Positions 48,162 through 57,822 of a stretch of 64,000 bases of DNA are shown in pieces. Origin of the DNA: Nitrospira sp. (lineage in GTDB: Bacteria; Nitrospirota; Nitrospiria; Nitrospirales; Nitrospiraceae); contig AP038806.1 of the NCBI GenBank assembly GCA_047150005.1, positions 2,368,001-2,432,000 on the forward strand, in the 5' to 3' direction. The notes beneath the pieces were generated by a model. That model saw nothing but the letters and a program-made list of their open reading frames with translations. It was not told the DNA's origin and searched no databases. Numbering within the stretch: position 1 is the stretch's first letter; each line of letters opens with the position of its first letter. Made by a program: the position numbers and the translations under genes.

Positions 48162-49250
48162 ATGACTTTTCGACTCCTCACGAAACCGCAGGAGGGTCAA
48201 TATCAGAAAGCCACCCGCTCCTCTCTTACGCTAACCACATCGACTAGATCCACACGCCATTCCATTCTGCAGTTTCAGCAAACGCTCGGGAATCATACCG
48301 TTCAACGACTCATCCAAGCCAAGCGGATCGACCCGCTGAGGTCGTCGGGCTACCTGCAGCCGAAACTCGTCGTCGGGGCCGCCGGGGACGAGTACGAACA
48401 GGAGGCGGATCACATCGCCAATCGCGTCATGACCATGCCAGTTCCTGCTGTGCCACAATCGATACAGCGCCAAACCATGCCTGAGGAAAAGGACAAAGAC
48501 AAGACACTTCAAATCAAGCCGCTCGCTGCCTCGATCACGCCGCTTGTGCAATGCCAGACGATGCCGGAGGAGGAAGAAAATCCGGTTCAGGAGAAGTTCT
48601 CTGTGCAGCGAACTGCAGACACGGAGTGCGTTGACGCCGGAGCGGATCTGGAAAATCGGTTATCTAGCGGTCAAGGTGGGAGCAGTGCCCTTCCGGACCA
48701 TGTGCGTTCTTATATGGAGCCCCGGCGAATCCAGCGCTATACGGTCCCCAGCACATTGGAATGCGAGGACGTTGTGGATTGGCTCGATAACAATTCACCC
48801 TATAGCCCGGAATGGGCGCAAACCCAGTGCACCTACACATTCCAGGGGAACCTCCGCATCAGCCCGCCGGTGACATCGGGCGCGGGGGTGAGCCTCACCG
48901 TCACTGGCCACAGTCGCCTCAGCGTGTCGGTCAGCTGCCCGATTGATAGTCCGCAGTGGTCGCCGTCACTTCGCCAAGCCCGTGCTGCGGTGGTGGCCGC
49001 ATGGAGACGCATGAAGACCTCGCTGGACGCCCATGAACAACAGCACCGTGCGATCGGTCGCGCCTGGCGCGCGACGTTGGAAGCTCGGTTCCGCGGGGTT
49101 AGTTTCACCGTGACAGGAACGGACAAGACTGATGCGATGAGTCAGGTACGTGACGAAATTGCGTCATTGCAGCAACAATGGATCGCGGAAGCTCAAGCGG
49201 ACCAGGATGCCATTGATCCGTTTAGGGGAGCGGTGTTGAATTGCCCTTGA
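48162..49250 (+). CDS. Paralog with truncated DUF4157 and a C-terminal HExxH (DUF922-like) domain
   Basis: N-terminus collinear with the 47093 gene up to LPDHVRSYMEPR, then jumps to IQRY…; C-terminal LDAHEQQH. Confidence 0.75.
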   Translation: MTFRLLTKPQEGQYQKATRSSLTLTTSTRSTRHSILQFQQTLGNHTVQRLIQAKRIDPLRSSGYLQPKLVVGAAGDEYEQEADHIANRVMTMPVPAVPQSIQRQTMPEEKDKDKTLQIKPLAASITPLVQCQTMPEEEENPVQEKFSVQRTADTECVDAGADLENRLSSGQGGSSALPDHVRSYMEPRRIQRYTVPSTLECEDVVDWLDNNSPYSPEWAQTQCTYTFQGNLRISPPVTSGAGVSLTVTGHSRLSVSVSCPIDSPQWSPSLRQARAAVVAAWRRMKTSLDAHEQQHRAIGRAWRATLEARFRGVSFTVTGTDKTDAMSQVRDEIASLQQQWIAEAQADQDAIDPFRGAVLNCP

Positions 49251-49313
49251 GTTTCCCCAATTAATATCGCACCTCTTCTTCTAAATCCAACTCCCTCCGA
49301 TAAATCCCTTAAC

Positions 49314-49685
49314 TCAATCAATGTTTGCTTCCTTCTTCAGTTCATCGAGTGTAGGGATATACCAGTCGGGTGAATCACGTTTTTGAAACTCCTGCAGAAC
49401 CCATGGAGTTAAATCTAATTCTTGAGTGTAGTTCCAGCGTGGTTCAATAACATTTTCGCCGTTCAACTGGTAGATCTGTACAGGTGGGTCACCTTGCAAA
49501 GGGCCCTGGCTGATCCACAGTCTGAGGCAGAATGCCTCTGCTTTCAGAATTATGGAGTCGGGATAGTCAGGATGCTCGGAGCAGGTGAACCGGCATCCTA
49601 GCACTCGCTCAGCTCGCTCTCCGATTACGGATATCGACTGATTAGATTTCAAACGTATACCAAAAGAAACAAAAATGTTCTGCAT
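49314..49685 (-). CDS. Putative immunity protein
   Basis: 123-aa, AT-richer ORF starting 12 bp after the stop of the toxin-like gene, on the same strand. Confidence 0.6.
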   Translation of the reverse strand: MQNIFVSFGIRLKSNQSISVIGERAERVLGCRFTCSEHPDYPDSIILKAEAFCLRLWISQGPLQGDPPVQIYQLNGENVIEPRWNYTQELDLTPWVLQEFQKRDSPDWYIPTLDELKKEANID

Positions 49686-49697
49686 GGCGTCGTTAGA

Positions 49698-52600
49698 TTA
49701 TGAGGCAACCGGTGCAGGCCCAGTCAGAACTGGTGACTTGATTTCAACGTGTCTCTCACCTGCAAATTCCCGGGTCCCAGACTTTGAAAGCAATTCGCGC
49801 ACATTTGAAACGGCGCGCAATTTCATAGAGAACTTGCCTTTTCGCACACCAGTGATCGTATCATAAGCGGCTGACATCGCGGCCATCTTACCTCTGAGTT
49901 CTGGATGACGATCTGCCCAAAGTTCTTGTTCGGCAGCGAGCTCAGGTCGTCGACCAGCGACAGCCTCGAGGTAGAGTTTGTCACTTTCCACGAAGAAATC
50001 GATATCAAAATCCCAGGGATTGAACTCGGCGAACCCCTTACTAACGCCTCTGCGGCCTTTGGCGAGGCTGCCGCGATATTTTAGCCGAGCTTCCGGATCC
50101 AGAGTTTGGATTTCAGCTGCGAATTGCTCCAGCTTCTGCTGTGCTTCATTCTTCCGTTCCTCCCATACTTTATCCGCGGCCTCGTTCGCCTGTCGATCCA
50201 ACTCTGCCTTAATAGCCTCGTCACTAAAGTCCATCACAGGGATCCCTGCCTTGGTAGACCAATCGGAAATTTCGTCGGTAAGCGACTTGACGGTGATATC
50301 GAGTTCCGCGAGAAGGTCCTTGAACTGCGCTGACTTGATTCCTTCTAGACGTGACACTGCGCTTGTGAGTGCGGATGTCTTCTTGGCTTCAATATAAGGC
50401 TTAATAAGGAGAGTAAACTCTTCCTTAATCGCTGGATTTCCAATGTCGTTAATGTAGTTCTCCCAGCGCTTGAGTATACGATCAACTTGACTGAGTTTGT
50501 TTAAGAGTCTCTCTTCCTTTGAGGCCAACCAGACGGTGAGGTGGCCTCCCTCTTCCTTGAGTGTCAACGTATGAACAGAACCTGCCATGGTCAATGACCT
50601 TGAAAAGGGTAATCCTGTGGCACCGCCGAACAAGGGGAATAGTTCTTTTAGCGTATCGGCAAGGGAATGCTCGACAGATTTGATCCCGTCCTTCGCGGCG
50701 CTTGCTGCATCTGCGTCGGCAGAGATAAACCGATCCGCGTCCTTGTCGGTCTTGGAAAGCAGGGAACGAGCACGGTTCAGGAGAGCTGGTGCCTTTCCTT
50801 TACCCTCTGGAGCGAGCGCTGAAATATGTCCCTCCATGTTCGCGAGGATTTTCTCTAGTGGCTCAGGTGCACTCGCTACCATCACTGTGGCCTCGGTGCC
50901 TGAGACATGTATGAAGAGCCGATGTTGCACTTCGCCAGCAGAAAACGGTACTGGCTCGCTTATGCCTCCGGTTTTTGTGTCCATGTCCTTTTTGTCTTTT
51001 TCCCTTCCGAATCCCAACAGCTTCCCGGCTGCTTTCACCAACTTCACAGCCTGACTAATGACCCAATCGATCGCCTTGTTGACCGGCTCCTGGGCCTTCT
51101 CGATGGTCTTCCTAATCGTTCCGGTGATATCGCCGAGGCCCAGGAGACCGGCAAGGAACCCGATCGCAACCGGAATGGCTTTGGCGAGCGCTTCTTCAAT
51201 CCATTTCACGGCCGCCCCAAGTGACCCCTTTGCGATGGCTGCCATTGAGTCGACAATGGCGTTTACAAGGGCAACGATTTGCGAGCCCCGCTCGATAAAG
51301 AACATCACGATGTCATAGATCGCCTTGCAGGCTTTGAAGAACGCTGACGCAGGATTGAGAAGCCCAATGATCCAGGTGATACCTGCAATAATGACCCGCT
51401 CTTTGATGAAGTCGAAGATTGCATCAAGCACCATCGACTTGAGATCTGTAACCTTCTCCTTGATGAACCGCCACAGGCCGGCAACGCCCTCTGTGGCGAA
51501 CGCTTTGAACACATCTGCGGCCTTTTCAAGTGCCGCGACGACCGGTTCCCCGATGAGTTTAACCGCCCGTGAACGAAAGTAGGCATAGGTCAGACCGAGC
51601 AGCTGGAAGATAATACTGAGAATGCCCTTCAAATCGAATGTTTCAGGGAGTTGGAGCCCGGCTCCGGCAAGTGCTCCGAACAACCATTCCATGAGTCCCT
51701 TCTGAAGATAGGCTCCGATCTTCCCCATGAAATTCTTGAGGCCTGACATGACCGCCGACACAAGATTGCCTAGGAAGCCGATGGGATCAGAGATGATGTC
51801 CTCGATCACACCGGCTGCCTTCGCCAGGATGCTGAGCAGCATGTCCTTGAAGGCGAGAATCTTCTTAATGAGGCCGACGGTGGCGTCGTAGACGCGCTGC
51901 CACAACGACTTGTTCTCCTCGCGGAGTTTCTCCTCCATCGCAGACATCCGCTCATAAGAGTCCTTGTACTGTTGCGCTAGCTTATCGATGAGGCCATCGC
52001 GGCGCTGGTCGATTTCGGATTCCATCGCCTCGAATTCACCTTCAACCTTTTTCAGCGCTTCTTCACCGAACTGCCTGACGTTCACATTCAGTCCTCTGAC
52101 GAAGTCCTTCACCTGGTTGTGGCCTTCGGCGACCCGTTGCTTGGCCGCCTGCACCTTGGCATCGATGCAATTGGCGACTTTGTCGATCGCCTCGTTCACT
52201 TTTTCTAAATATTGCGCGCGCGCCTTCGCGAGCGACCGCTCGATCAATTCCTCCCAATCGCTGCCCCAGGTTGTGAGCCAGGTTCCAACCCCGCCTTTTT
52301 CTTCCTCAAACGTCTCCCCGTACGCACGCTCCGCCTCCCGAAGGCCGGCCCCGAAAATGTCACCCGCCTCCTTGTCCATCGATATCAGGATTGAATCGAC
52401 GTCCGCCTTCGTCTCGTTCTTGATTCCAGCGATGGTGTCGGTAATGCGCTGGCGCTCGATCGCGTCCTTGGTCTTTGTGCCGACTTGCTGGCCAACGACC
52501 TGGCCGATATGCAGTTCTCGCACGCCATGCATGGCCGCCAATCCCTCGGCGAGTTCAGCTTCAGCGGCATGGTGCGCCTGGACCTGAACCTTGGCTTCGG

Positions 52601-54437
52601 ATTGCCGGTAACGCACCTCGGCAGTGGCTTCATGCTTTTCCGCCGTCGAGCGGGCTTCGAGCGTTTTTCCGAACTCAGGCTCATTCCCCTTTTCGAGCTG
52701 TGTTTTGGTCACGCCGGTTTCGGCCATCGCGCTATCAGTCGGTGCGCGATCGGAGGAGTAATCGAGTCGCTCGGCTGGAAGTGGTGCAGGTACGACGGGG
52801 GCTGCCGATACGGGGGATTGTGGAGAGCCGAGTGGTTCTTGCTTAAGGTCCGTTTTGGGTGGAGGCTCAGTCTTGGATGCCCGCACTTCGCTGCCAGCCG
52901 CGTTGGCATTCTCGAGAGGTCCTGCAGCTGCCTTGCGCTCAATTGCCAACTGACCAGTTAATTCCCTACTGGCATCCCGTCCGCCGGTCTTCATCACGCG
53001 CTCTGCATCGGATTCGGTCTTCGGCTCTGGCGTCGCGTTCTTAATGGCCTCTTTCAGTTTGTCCCTAAATTGTTGCCGTCTGACTTGCTCTGCCTTGGCC
53101 GCGTCGAGCTTTGCGACGGTCTGTGTGGCGGCATCGCGTGTTTGTTCGGTTTGTGGATTCTTCGCCGCAGCCTGAGCTGAGGCCACCGGCCTACCTGACG
53201 GTGAATGCTTTCGCGCGCCCGCTGCGCGATGGCGCACGGCGCCGATTGCAGGGGCGATCGCTTGGCGCGGTGATGGCGGCGCTGCCTTTACTGCAGTACC
53301 CTCTGCCGCTTTACCCGTTGCCGGCTCCGTCTTCACGACTTCTGGCGCGGGTGGTCCTGCAGAAGCGACGGTGGGTGAGGGCGGGCGACCTGTTTCCGTT
53401 CCGATTAAAGCCGCTCCATCTGACGTCCCATTGGTGGGCACTTCTTCAGTAGCAGTCGTTGCCTTAGGAGGAACGACCGGCGGAGCGGTGATCCTTGGGG
53501 CGGATGGCAGGGAAGGCTCTGAGAGACGGCTTGTTTTCGACGCGACCTCCCCCTGTACGCCGGTGGGTTGTTGTGAAAGGAATGAACCAGCGGGCTCCCG
53601 GCTTTTGCCTTCAACGGGACTCGGTGTCGCGTGCTTCTCTTTGTCCGGCTGGCTGACGGGCTTGTACCGTCTCAGTATTGGCAAGTAATCAAGTCCACTA
53701 TTGATACTATGGAAGGAGGGTGATCCAGCTTTCTGACACCGCAATTTCGGTACCTGCTCAACAAGAGCTTCCTCCTGCCGATAGGCTTCCTTCTCTAACT
53801 GGTCGGTTGGTAAGCTGACCGCTCTTTCCTGAGCGGCCACCACTGGAACCCGTCCCTGGTCGTGCTGCATGACATGAGTTAATTCATGTCCTAGCACCCG
53901 GTCGCCTTGAGGAGTCCCTGGCTTGTAATGTCCATCAGCAAAGTAAATATTGTGGCCAACCGTGAATGCTTGGGCCTGCACGCGCTGGGCCGCTTCGTTG
54001 ACCTGAGAACTCGTGTGGATCCGCACATGATCCAACGGATGCTGGAGCGCCTGCTCGAAGGCCATGCGATGTTCTGGCGGTAGGGGCTGCCCTGGACTCG
54101 GCGAGATGATAGGTTCGACCTCGTGTGCGAGATGCGGCGCTCCGGTTTTTCCAACCTTCTTACCGTCTAACAAGCGCTGCACGAAGGCATTGCCGTAGGA
54201 ATGTTGGTATTGCTGGATGAGCTGGACTCGCTGCTGAGTCGGTGCTCGCCGTAGGACGTGCACCATGTGCGAAGGAACCTGATTGCTTCCAGCAGCGGCA
54301 AGGGAGCGAAATAGCGCAAGCCCTGCCTCAGGAATGGTGTGACGCGATGCCGGTTCCGCCTCAGGAACGGGCAACTCCCGTTGAGCCTTGGTCGCCTTTG
54401 ACGGTTCTGCGGCTTGAACGGCTATCGATTCGCCCAT
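49698..54437 (-). CDS. Large DUF4157 polymorphic-toxin-like eCIS effector with nucleotidyltransferase-like C-terminus
   Basis: N-terminal DUF4157 (VRIHT, AQAFTVG, HELTHVMQ), Pro/Ala linker, coiled coil, hydrophobic helical region, C-terminal YRGSLAKG…DFDIDFFV. Confidence 0.8.
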   Translation of the reverse strand: MGESIAVQAAEPSKATKAQRELPVPEAEPASRHTIPEAGLALFRSLAAAGSNQVPSHMVHVLRRAPTQQRVQLIQQYQHSYGNAFVQRLLDGKKVGKTGAPHLAHEVEPIISPSPGQPLPPEHRMAFEQALQHPLDHVRIHTSSQVNEAAQRVQAQAFTVGHNIYFADGHYKPGTPQGDRVLGHELTHVMQHDQGRVPVVAAQERAVSLPTDQLEKEAYRQEEALVEQVPKLRCQKAGSPSFHSINSGLDYLPILRRYKPVSQPDKEKHATPSPVEGKSREPAGSFLSQQPTGVQGEVASKTSRLSEPSLPSAPRITAPPVVPPKATTATEEVPTNGTSDGAALIGTETGRPPSPTVASAGPPAPEVVKTEPATGKAAEGTAVKAAPPSPRQAIAPAIGAVRHRAAGARKHSPSGRPVASAQAAAKNPQTEQTRDAATQTVAKLDAAKAEQVRRQQFRDKLKEAIKNATPEPKTESDAERVMKTGGRDASRELTGQLAIERKAAAGPLENANAAGSEVRASKTEPPPKTDLKQEPLGSPQSPVSAAPVVPAPLPAERLDYSSDRAPTDSAMAETGVTKTQLEKGNEPEFGKTLEARSTAEKHEATAEVRYRQSEAKVQVQAHHAAEAELAEGLAAMHGVRELHIGQVVGQQVGTKTKDAIERQRITDTIAGIKNETKADVDSILISMDKEAGDIFGAGLREAERAYGETFEEEKGGVGTWLTTWGSDWEELIERSLAKARAQYLEKVNEAIDKVANCIDAKVQAAKQRVAEGHNQVKDFVRGLNVNVRQFGEEALKKVEGEFEAMESEIDQRRDGLIDKLAQQYKDSYERMSAMEEKLREENKSLWQRVYDATVGLIKKILAFKDMLLSILAKAAGVIEDIISDPIGFLGNLVSAVMSGLKNFMGKIGAYLQKGLMEWLFGALAGAGLQLPETFDLKGILSIIFQLLGLTYAYFRSRAVKLIGEPVVAALEKAADVFKAFATEGVAGLWRFIKEKVTDLKSMVLDAIFDFIKERVIIAGITWIIGLLNPASAFFKACKAIYDIVMFFIERGSQIVALVNAIVDSMAAIAKGSLGAAVKWIEEALAKAIPVAIGFLAGLLGLGDITGTIRKTIEKAQEPVNKAIDWVISQAVKLVKAAGKLLGFGREKDKKDMDTKTGGISEPVPFSAGEVQHRLFIHVSGTEATVMVASAPEPLEKILANMEGHISALAPEGKGKAPALLNRARSLLSKTDKDADRFISADADAASAAKDGIKSVEHSLADTLKELFPLFGGATGLPFSRSLTMAGSVHTLTLKEEGGHLTVWLASKEERLLNKLSQVDRILKRWENYINDIGNPAIKEEFTLLIKPYIEAKKTSALTSAVSRLEGIKSAQFKDLLAELDITVKSLTDEISDWSTKAGIPVMDFSDEAIKAELDRQANEAADKVWEERKNEAQQKLEQFAAEIQTLDPEARLKYRGSLAKGRRGVSKGFAEFNPWDFDIDFFVESDKLYLEAVAGRRPELAAEQELWADRHPELRGKMAAMSAAYDTITGVRKGKFSMKLRAVSNVRELLSKSGTREFAGERHVEIKSPVLTGPAPVAS

Positions 54438-54788
54438 CGTCCTTAGCACGCTCCCTGACTCTGGCCGCCGCCTGGTTTCTAAGGACAGTCATCAGGCTGT
54501 TGGAAGCACGGCTGATTACGTGCGCTCGTCGTTCAGCGTCGGGCTGTGAGTTCCGTCTGTCTGTTCGCACGCACACCGATAGAATCATGGGTCGTTCACG
54601 CAAGGTTCATACTCGTGCGATTGGGGGCTGTGCGTTCGGCCGACGATTCATCGAGGCGCTGGATATGTAGGTTGAAAGACGGCGCAACCAATTATGTGGG
54701 CTGGGTTTCCTCCGAATCAGTCTTTGCCCGACATTGTGTAGAGCGCGGTTGTCGTGTGCACGATTTCGCCGCTGCCCGTGGTTGGAGC

Positions 54789-54954
54789 TGTCACATGGCG
54801 GAAGCTATGTGACACGTCTGTTACAGTCGATGTGACACTGAATTCTTTGGACTCAGACGCCTGAGATCTCTTCACCTGTCCATTCGATTCACGTACTTAG
54901 GTTCTTTTCTTGTCTAGGCTTTGTGAAAGGAACCTGTCACACCTGCTTGTCACA
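54789..54954. promoter_or_regulatory. Cluster of six TGTNACA palindromic boxes in the divergent intergenic region
   Basis: TGTCACA 54789, TGTGACA 54808, TGTTACA 54819, TGTGACA 54831, TGTCACA 54935, TGTCACA 54948. Confidence 0.6.
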
Positions 54955-55106
54955 TCGGCTTGGCTCTGTGTCTTTCTCACTGCCTCGGTGTTCGTGTGGG
55001 ATCGGCCCTTTTATGCACTTAACGACACAATCTGATTATCTCCACATGGTCGGCGCATCTCTTGCTCTCCTCACCATCGCGTGGTTTTGAGGGATGCTGA
55101 TCACCT

Positions 55107-55292
55107 AGGAGTCTGTCCGAGTAATCCTTCGTTGCGAGGCAGAAGGAGCTGCTGGCAGATGCAAGGCCGCAGGCTCGAAAAATCCGGAGGCGTATTCTCT
55201 GGAATACGTTGAGGAAGTTTTTGAGCCGAGAACGACGCAGATGCTCGCGGATCGTTTGCCGCAGTAGAAAGGCATTACTCGGACAGACTCCT
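55107..55292. mobile_element. MITE with perfect 19-bp terminal inverted repeats
   Basis: AGGAGTCTGTCCGAGTAAT … ATTACTCGGACAGACTCCT; no transposase; CTAG at the left end, CTCG at the right. Confidence 0.8.
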
Positions 55293-55317
55293 CGCATCGC
55301 CGATTTCATGCGCGGCC

Positions 55318-55566
55318 ATGAATTCATATCACCCACGTCCGCAAGGTGACGACGGAGTTGTGGCGCGCTATGCCAACTATTTTGAAATCGGGGAGAACGC
55401 TGCAGAGTTCGTCCTCGGATTCGGTCAGTCGTATTCGGAATCGGAGGAGGTTCAGATTCACACGCGGATCGTCACAAGCCCCCTGTATGCCAAAGCGCTC
55501 TTGCACCTCCTTGAAGAGTCCATCAAACGCCATGAGCAGACTTGTGGTGAGATCTACGAAGAATGA
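55318..55566 (+). CDS. DUF3467-like small protein
   Basis: YANYFEIG…EFVLGFGQ…RIVTSPLYAKAL…L..SI..HE pattern. Confidence 0.75.
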   Translation: MNSYHPRPQGDDGVVARYANYFEIGENAAEFVLGFGQSYSESEEVQIHTRIVTSPLYAKALLHLLEESIKRHEQTCGEIYEE

Positions 55567-55618
55567 CATCAGGATGCTGCAACCGGGAAGCCGAATCGCA
55601 TGTGAAGGTGGCAGTGTA

Positions 55619-57817
55619 ATGAGCAGTTTGCCCTATGAAAGTTCGCTAGAACATCTCTTGGCTCACGTCGCGCGCCTCGATCTCATGGTCCGTGCCTACG
55701 TGATAAACGCCCGATTAGCACGACAGGCTGAGGACGATTTTAAAGGGCTGTATATCTCTGAATCAGAAGTTGATGATTTGCTCCAGCAAAAAATCGGCGT
55801 TCCCGCCTGGTGGGATAACTCCAGCCGCCCTCAGACCTCCGAGAGTCAAATGACAATGGATCGCTTAAGCAGGGAGATAGACGAGCGATCCTCACTCAGC
55901 AAGCGGAGCGGGGTTTCGTTGCGCCTGGACAAACTGTGCGAGTCTTTTCATCTGTCACCCTTCGATCGGGATGCACTGTTGCTTGCCGCTGCGCCGGAGC
56001 TCGACATTCGGTACGAGCGCTTGTACGCGTACTTGCAGGACGACGTTACCCGAAAGAAGCCTTCCATAGACCTCATTCTCAACTTGCTGTGCTCAAGCGT
56101 GCAGGAGAAGCTGGAGATGCGAGCCCGATTTAGTCGGTCGGCACCGCTCCTGCGATCGCAGATGCTCACCGTGAGCGAAGATCCGAACTATCCTCATTCC
56201 CAGCTTTTGAGCAAATACGTCAAGGTCGATGAGCGGATTCTCAATTGCCTGCTCGACCGCGACGACCTGGATTCACACCTGCTTGGGTATGCACAGTGTG
56301 TAACGCCACGAGCGGAATGTGCCGAGCTATCTCTGCCGTCGGAGATCAAGCAGCGCTTGATGATCCTCGTACGACAAGCGGCCGACCGCCGCACTCCGCT
56401 CATCTTGTATTTCCAGGGGGGGTACGGGGTTGGGAAACAGTCCACTGCCGAAGGTCTTTGTCAGGCTCTGAGTCTTTCTCTCCTGGTGGTTGACCTCAGG
56501 CGTCTGGTCCAGAGTGACCAAGCCACGTTTGAGACCATTCTTGAGCGTGTCGACCGTGAAGCAGTGCTCCGGGAGGCAGCGATTTATTATCGGGATTTCG
56601 ATCTGCTGTTGACTGATGAGAAGCGGCTGTGGTTGGAGGCCTTTGTGGCAACGGTAGAAGCGAACCCGAGGCTGACGTTCCTGGGCGGAACAGTTACCTG
56701 GGAGCCGGTCGATGCATTGCGGTGCATCCCGTTCATCCGCGTTCCGTTTGACCGACCGGGGTTCGCAGATCGGGTTCGCTTGTGGGAGAAGACGCTGTCC
56801 CACTATGGTCTCACGAGCACCGGGCTGGATCTCAACGTGCTTGCCAACAAGTTTCAACTCAGCGGCGGACAGATCGAAGATTCAACGGTGACGGCGCAGA
56901 ATCTCGCGCTGTTTCGCGATCCCGAGAGCCCCCAACCGGCGATGTCTGATTTCGTCGTCGCCTGTCGCCTGCAATCACAGCGCAAACTCTCGATGCTCGC
57001 CCGCAAGATCCAACCGCACTATACCTGGGACGACATCGTCCTGCCGGCGGACCGACTCCAACAGCTTCGAGAGATCTGCAACCAGGCCAAGCACCGCGCC
57101 TTGGTCTATGAGCAATGGGGTTTCGACAAAAAACTGTCCATGGGCAAGGGACTCACCATATTGTTTGCAGGTCCGTCGGGGACAGGAAAAACCATGGCCG
57201 CCGACATTCTTGCCCATGAGTTGACGCTGGATCTCTACAAAATCGACCTGTCGATGGTCGTCAGCAAATACATCGGCGAAACGGAGAAAAATCTGGCAAG
57301 CATCTTCAATGAAGCGGCACACAGTAATGCCATCTTGTTTTTCGACGAAGCCGATGCGCTGTTCGGGAAGCGCAGCGAGGTCCGGGACGCGCACGATCGC
57401 TATGCCAATATCGAAGTCGGGTTTCTCCTCCAGAAGATGGAGGAGTACGAGGGAGTTGTGATTTTGGCCACCAACTTTCGCAAGAACATGGATGATGCCT
57501 TCGTCCGGCGCCTGCAGTCTACCGTAGAGTTCCCGTTTCCTTCCGTCGAGGACCGCCTTCGGATTTGGCAAGGCCTCTGGCCGTCGGAAACGCCGCGCAG
57601 CCCTGATCTCACCCTGGCTTTCATGGCCAGCCAATTCGAGATCTCCGGAGGTCACATTCGCAATATCGCCCTGGCAGCAACGTTTCTGGCTGCAGAGGAA
57701 CAGACTCCAGTCCGCATGAAACATCTACTCGCTGCCACGCGCCGCGAATACCAAAAAATCGGCAAACTCGTCATGGAAGGGGATTTCGAACTGCCGGCGA
57801 TTGACGAAGAACGGTAA
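55619..57817 (+). CDS. eCIS AAA+ ATPase (Afp15/Pvc15-like)
   Basis: Degenerate first AAA module (GGYGVGK); intact second module GPSGTGKT, VVSKYIGETEKNL, FFDEADALFGKR, DRYAN. Confidence 0.9.
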   Translation: MSSLPYESSLEHLLAHVARLDLMVRAYVINARLARQAEDDFKGLYISESEVDDLLQQKIGVPAWWDNSSRPQTSESQMTMDRLSREIDERSSLSKRSGVSLRLDKLCESFHLSPFDRDALLLAAAPELDIRYERLYAYLQDDVTRKKPSIDLILNLLCSSVQEKLEMRARFSRSAPLLRSQMLTVSEDPNYPHSQLLSKYVKVDERILNCLLDRDDLDSHLLGYAQCVTPRAECAELSLPSEIKQRLMILVRQAADRRTPLILYFQGGYGVGKQSTAEGLCQALSLSLLVVDLRRLVQSDQATFETILERVDREAVLREAAIYYRDFDLLLTDEKRLWLEAFVATVEANPRLTFLGGTVTWEPVDALRCIPFIRVPFDRPGFADRVRLWEKTLSHYGLTSTGLDLNVLANKFQLSGGQIEDSTVTAQNLALFRDPESPQPAMSDFVVACRLQSQRKLSMLARKIQPHYTWDDIVLPADRLQQLREICNQAKHRALVYEQWGFDKKLSMGKGLTILFAGPSGTGKTMAADILAHELTLDLYKIDLSMVVSKYIGETEKNLASIFNEAAHSNAILFFDEADALFGKRSEVRDAHDRYANIEVGFLLQKMEEYEGVVILATNFRKNMDDAFVRRLQSTVEFPFPSVEDRLRIWQGLWPSETPRSPDLTLAFMASQFEISGGHIRNIALAATFLAAEEQTPVRMKHLLAATRREYQKIGKLVMEGDFELPAIDEER

Positions 57818-57822
57818 GCACG

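Noticed and set aside
54961..55016. Possible sigma-54 -24/-12 promoters (TGGCTC…, CGGCCCTTTTATGC)
   Set aside because: The first lacks the -12 GC; the second has 9 rather than 10 nt between GG and GC.
55346..55618. N-terminal extension of the ATPase in the ORF track
   Set aside because: Overlaps the DUF3467-like gene; ATG 55619 (or 55574) is the more plausible start.
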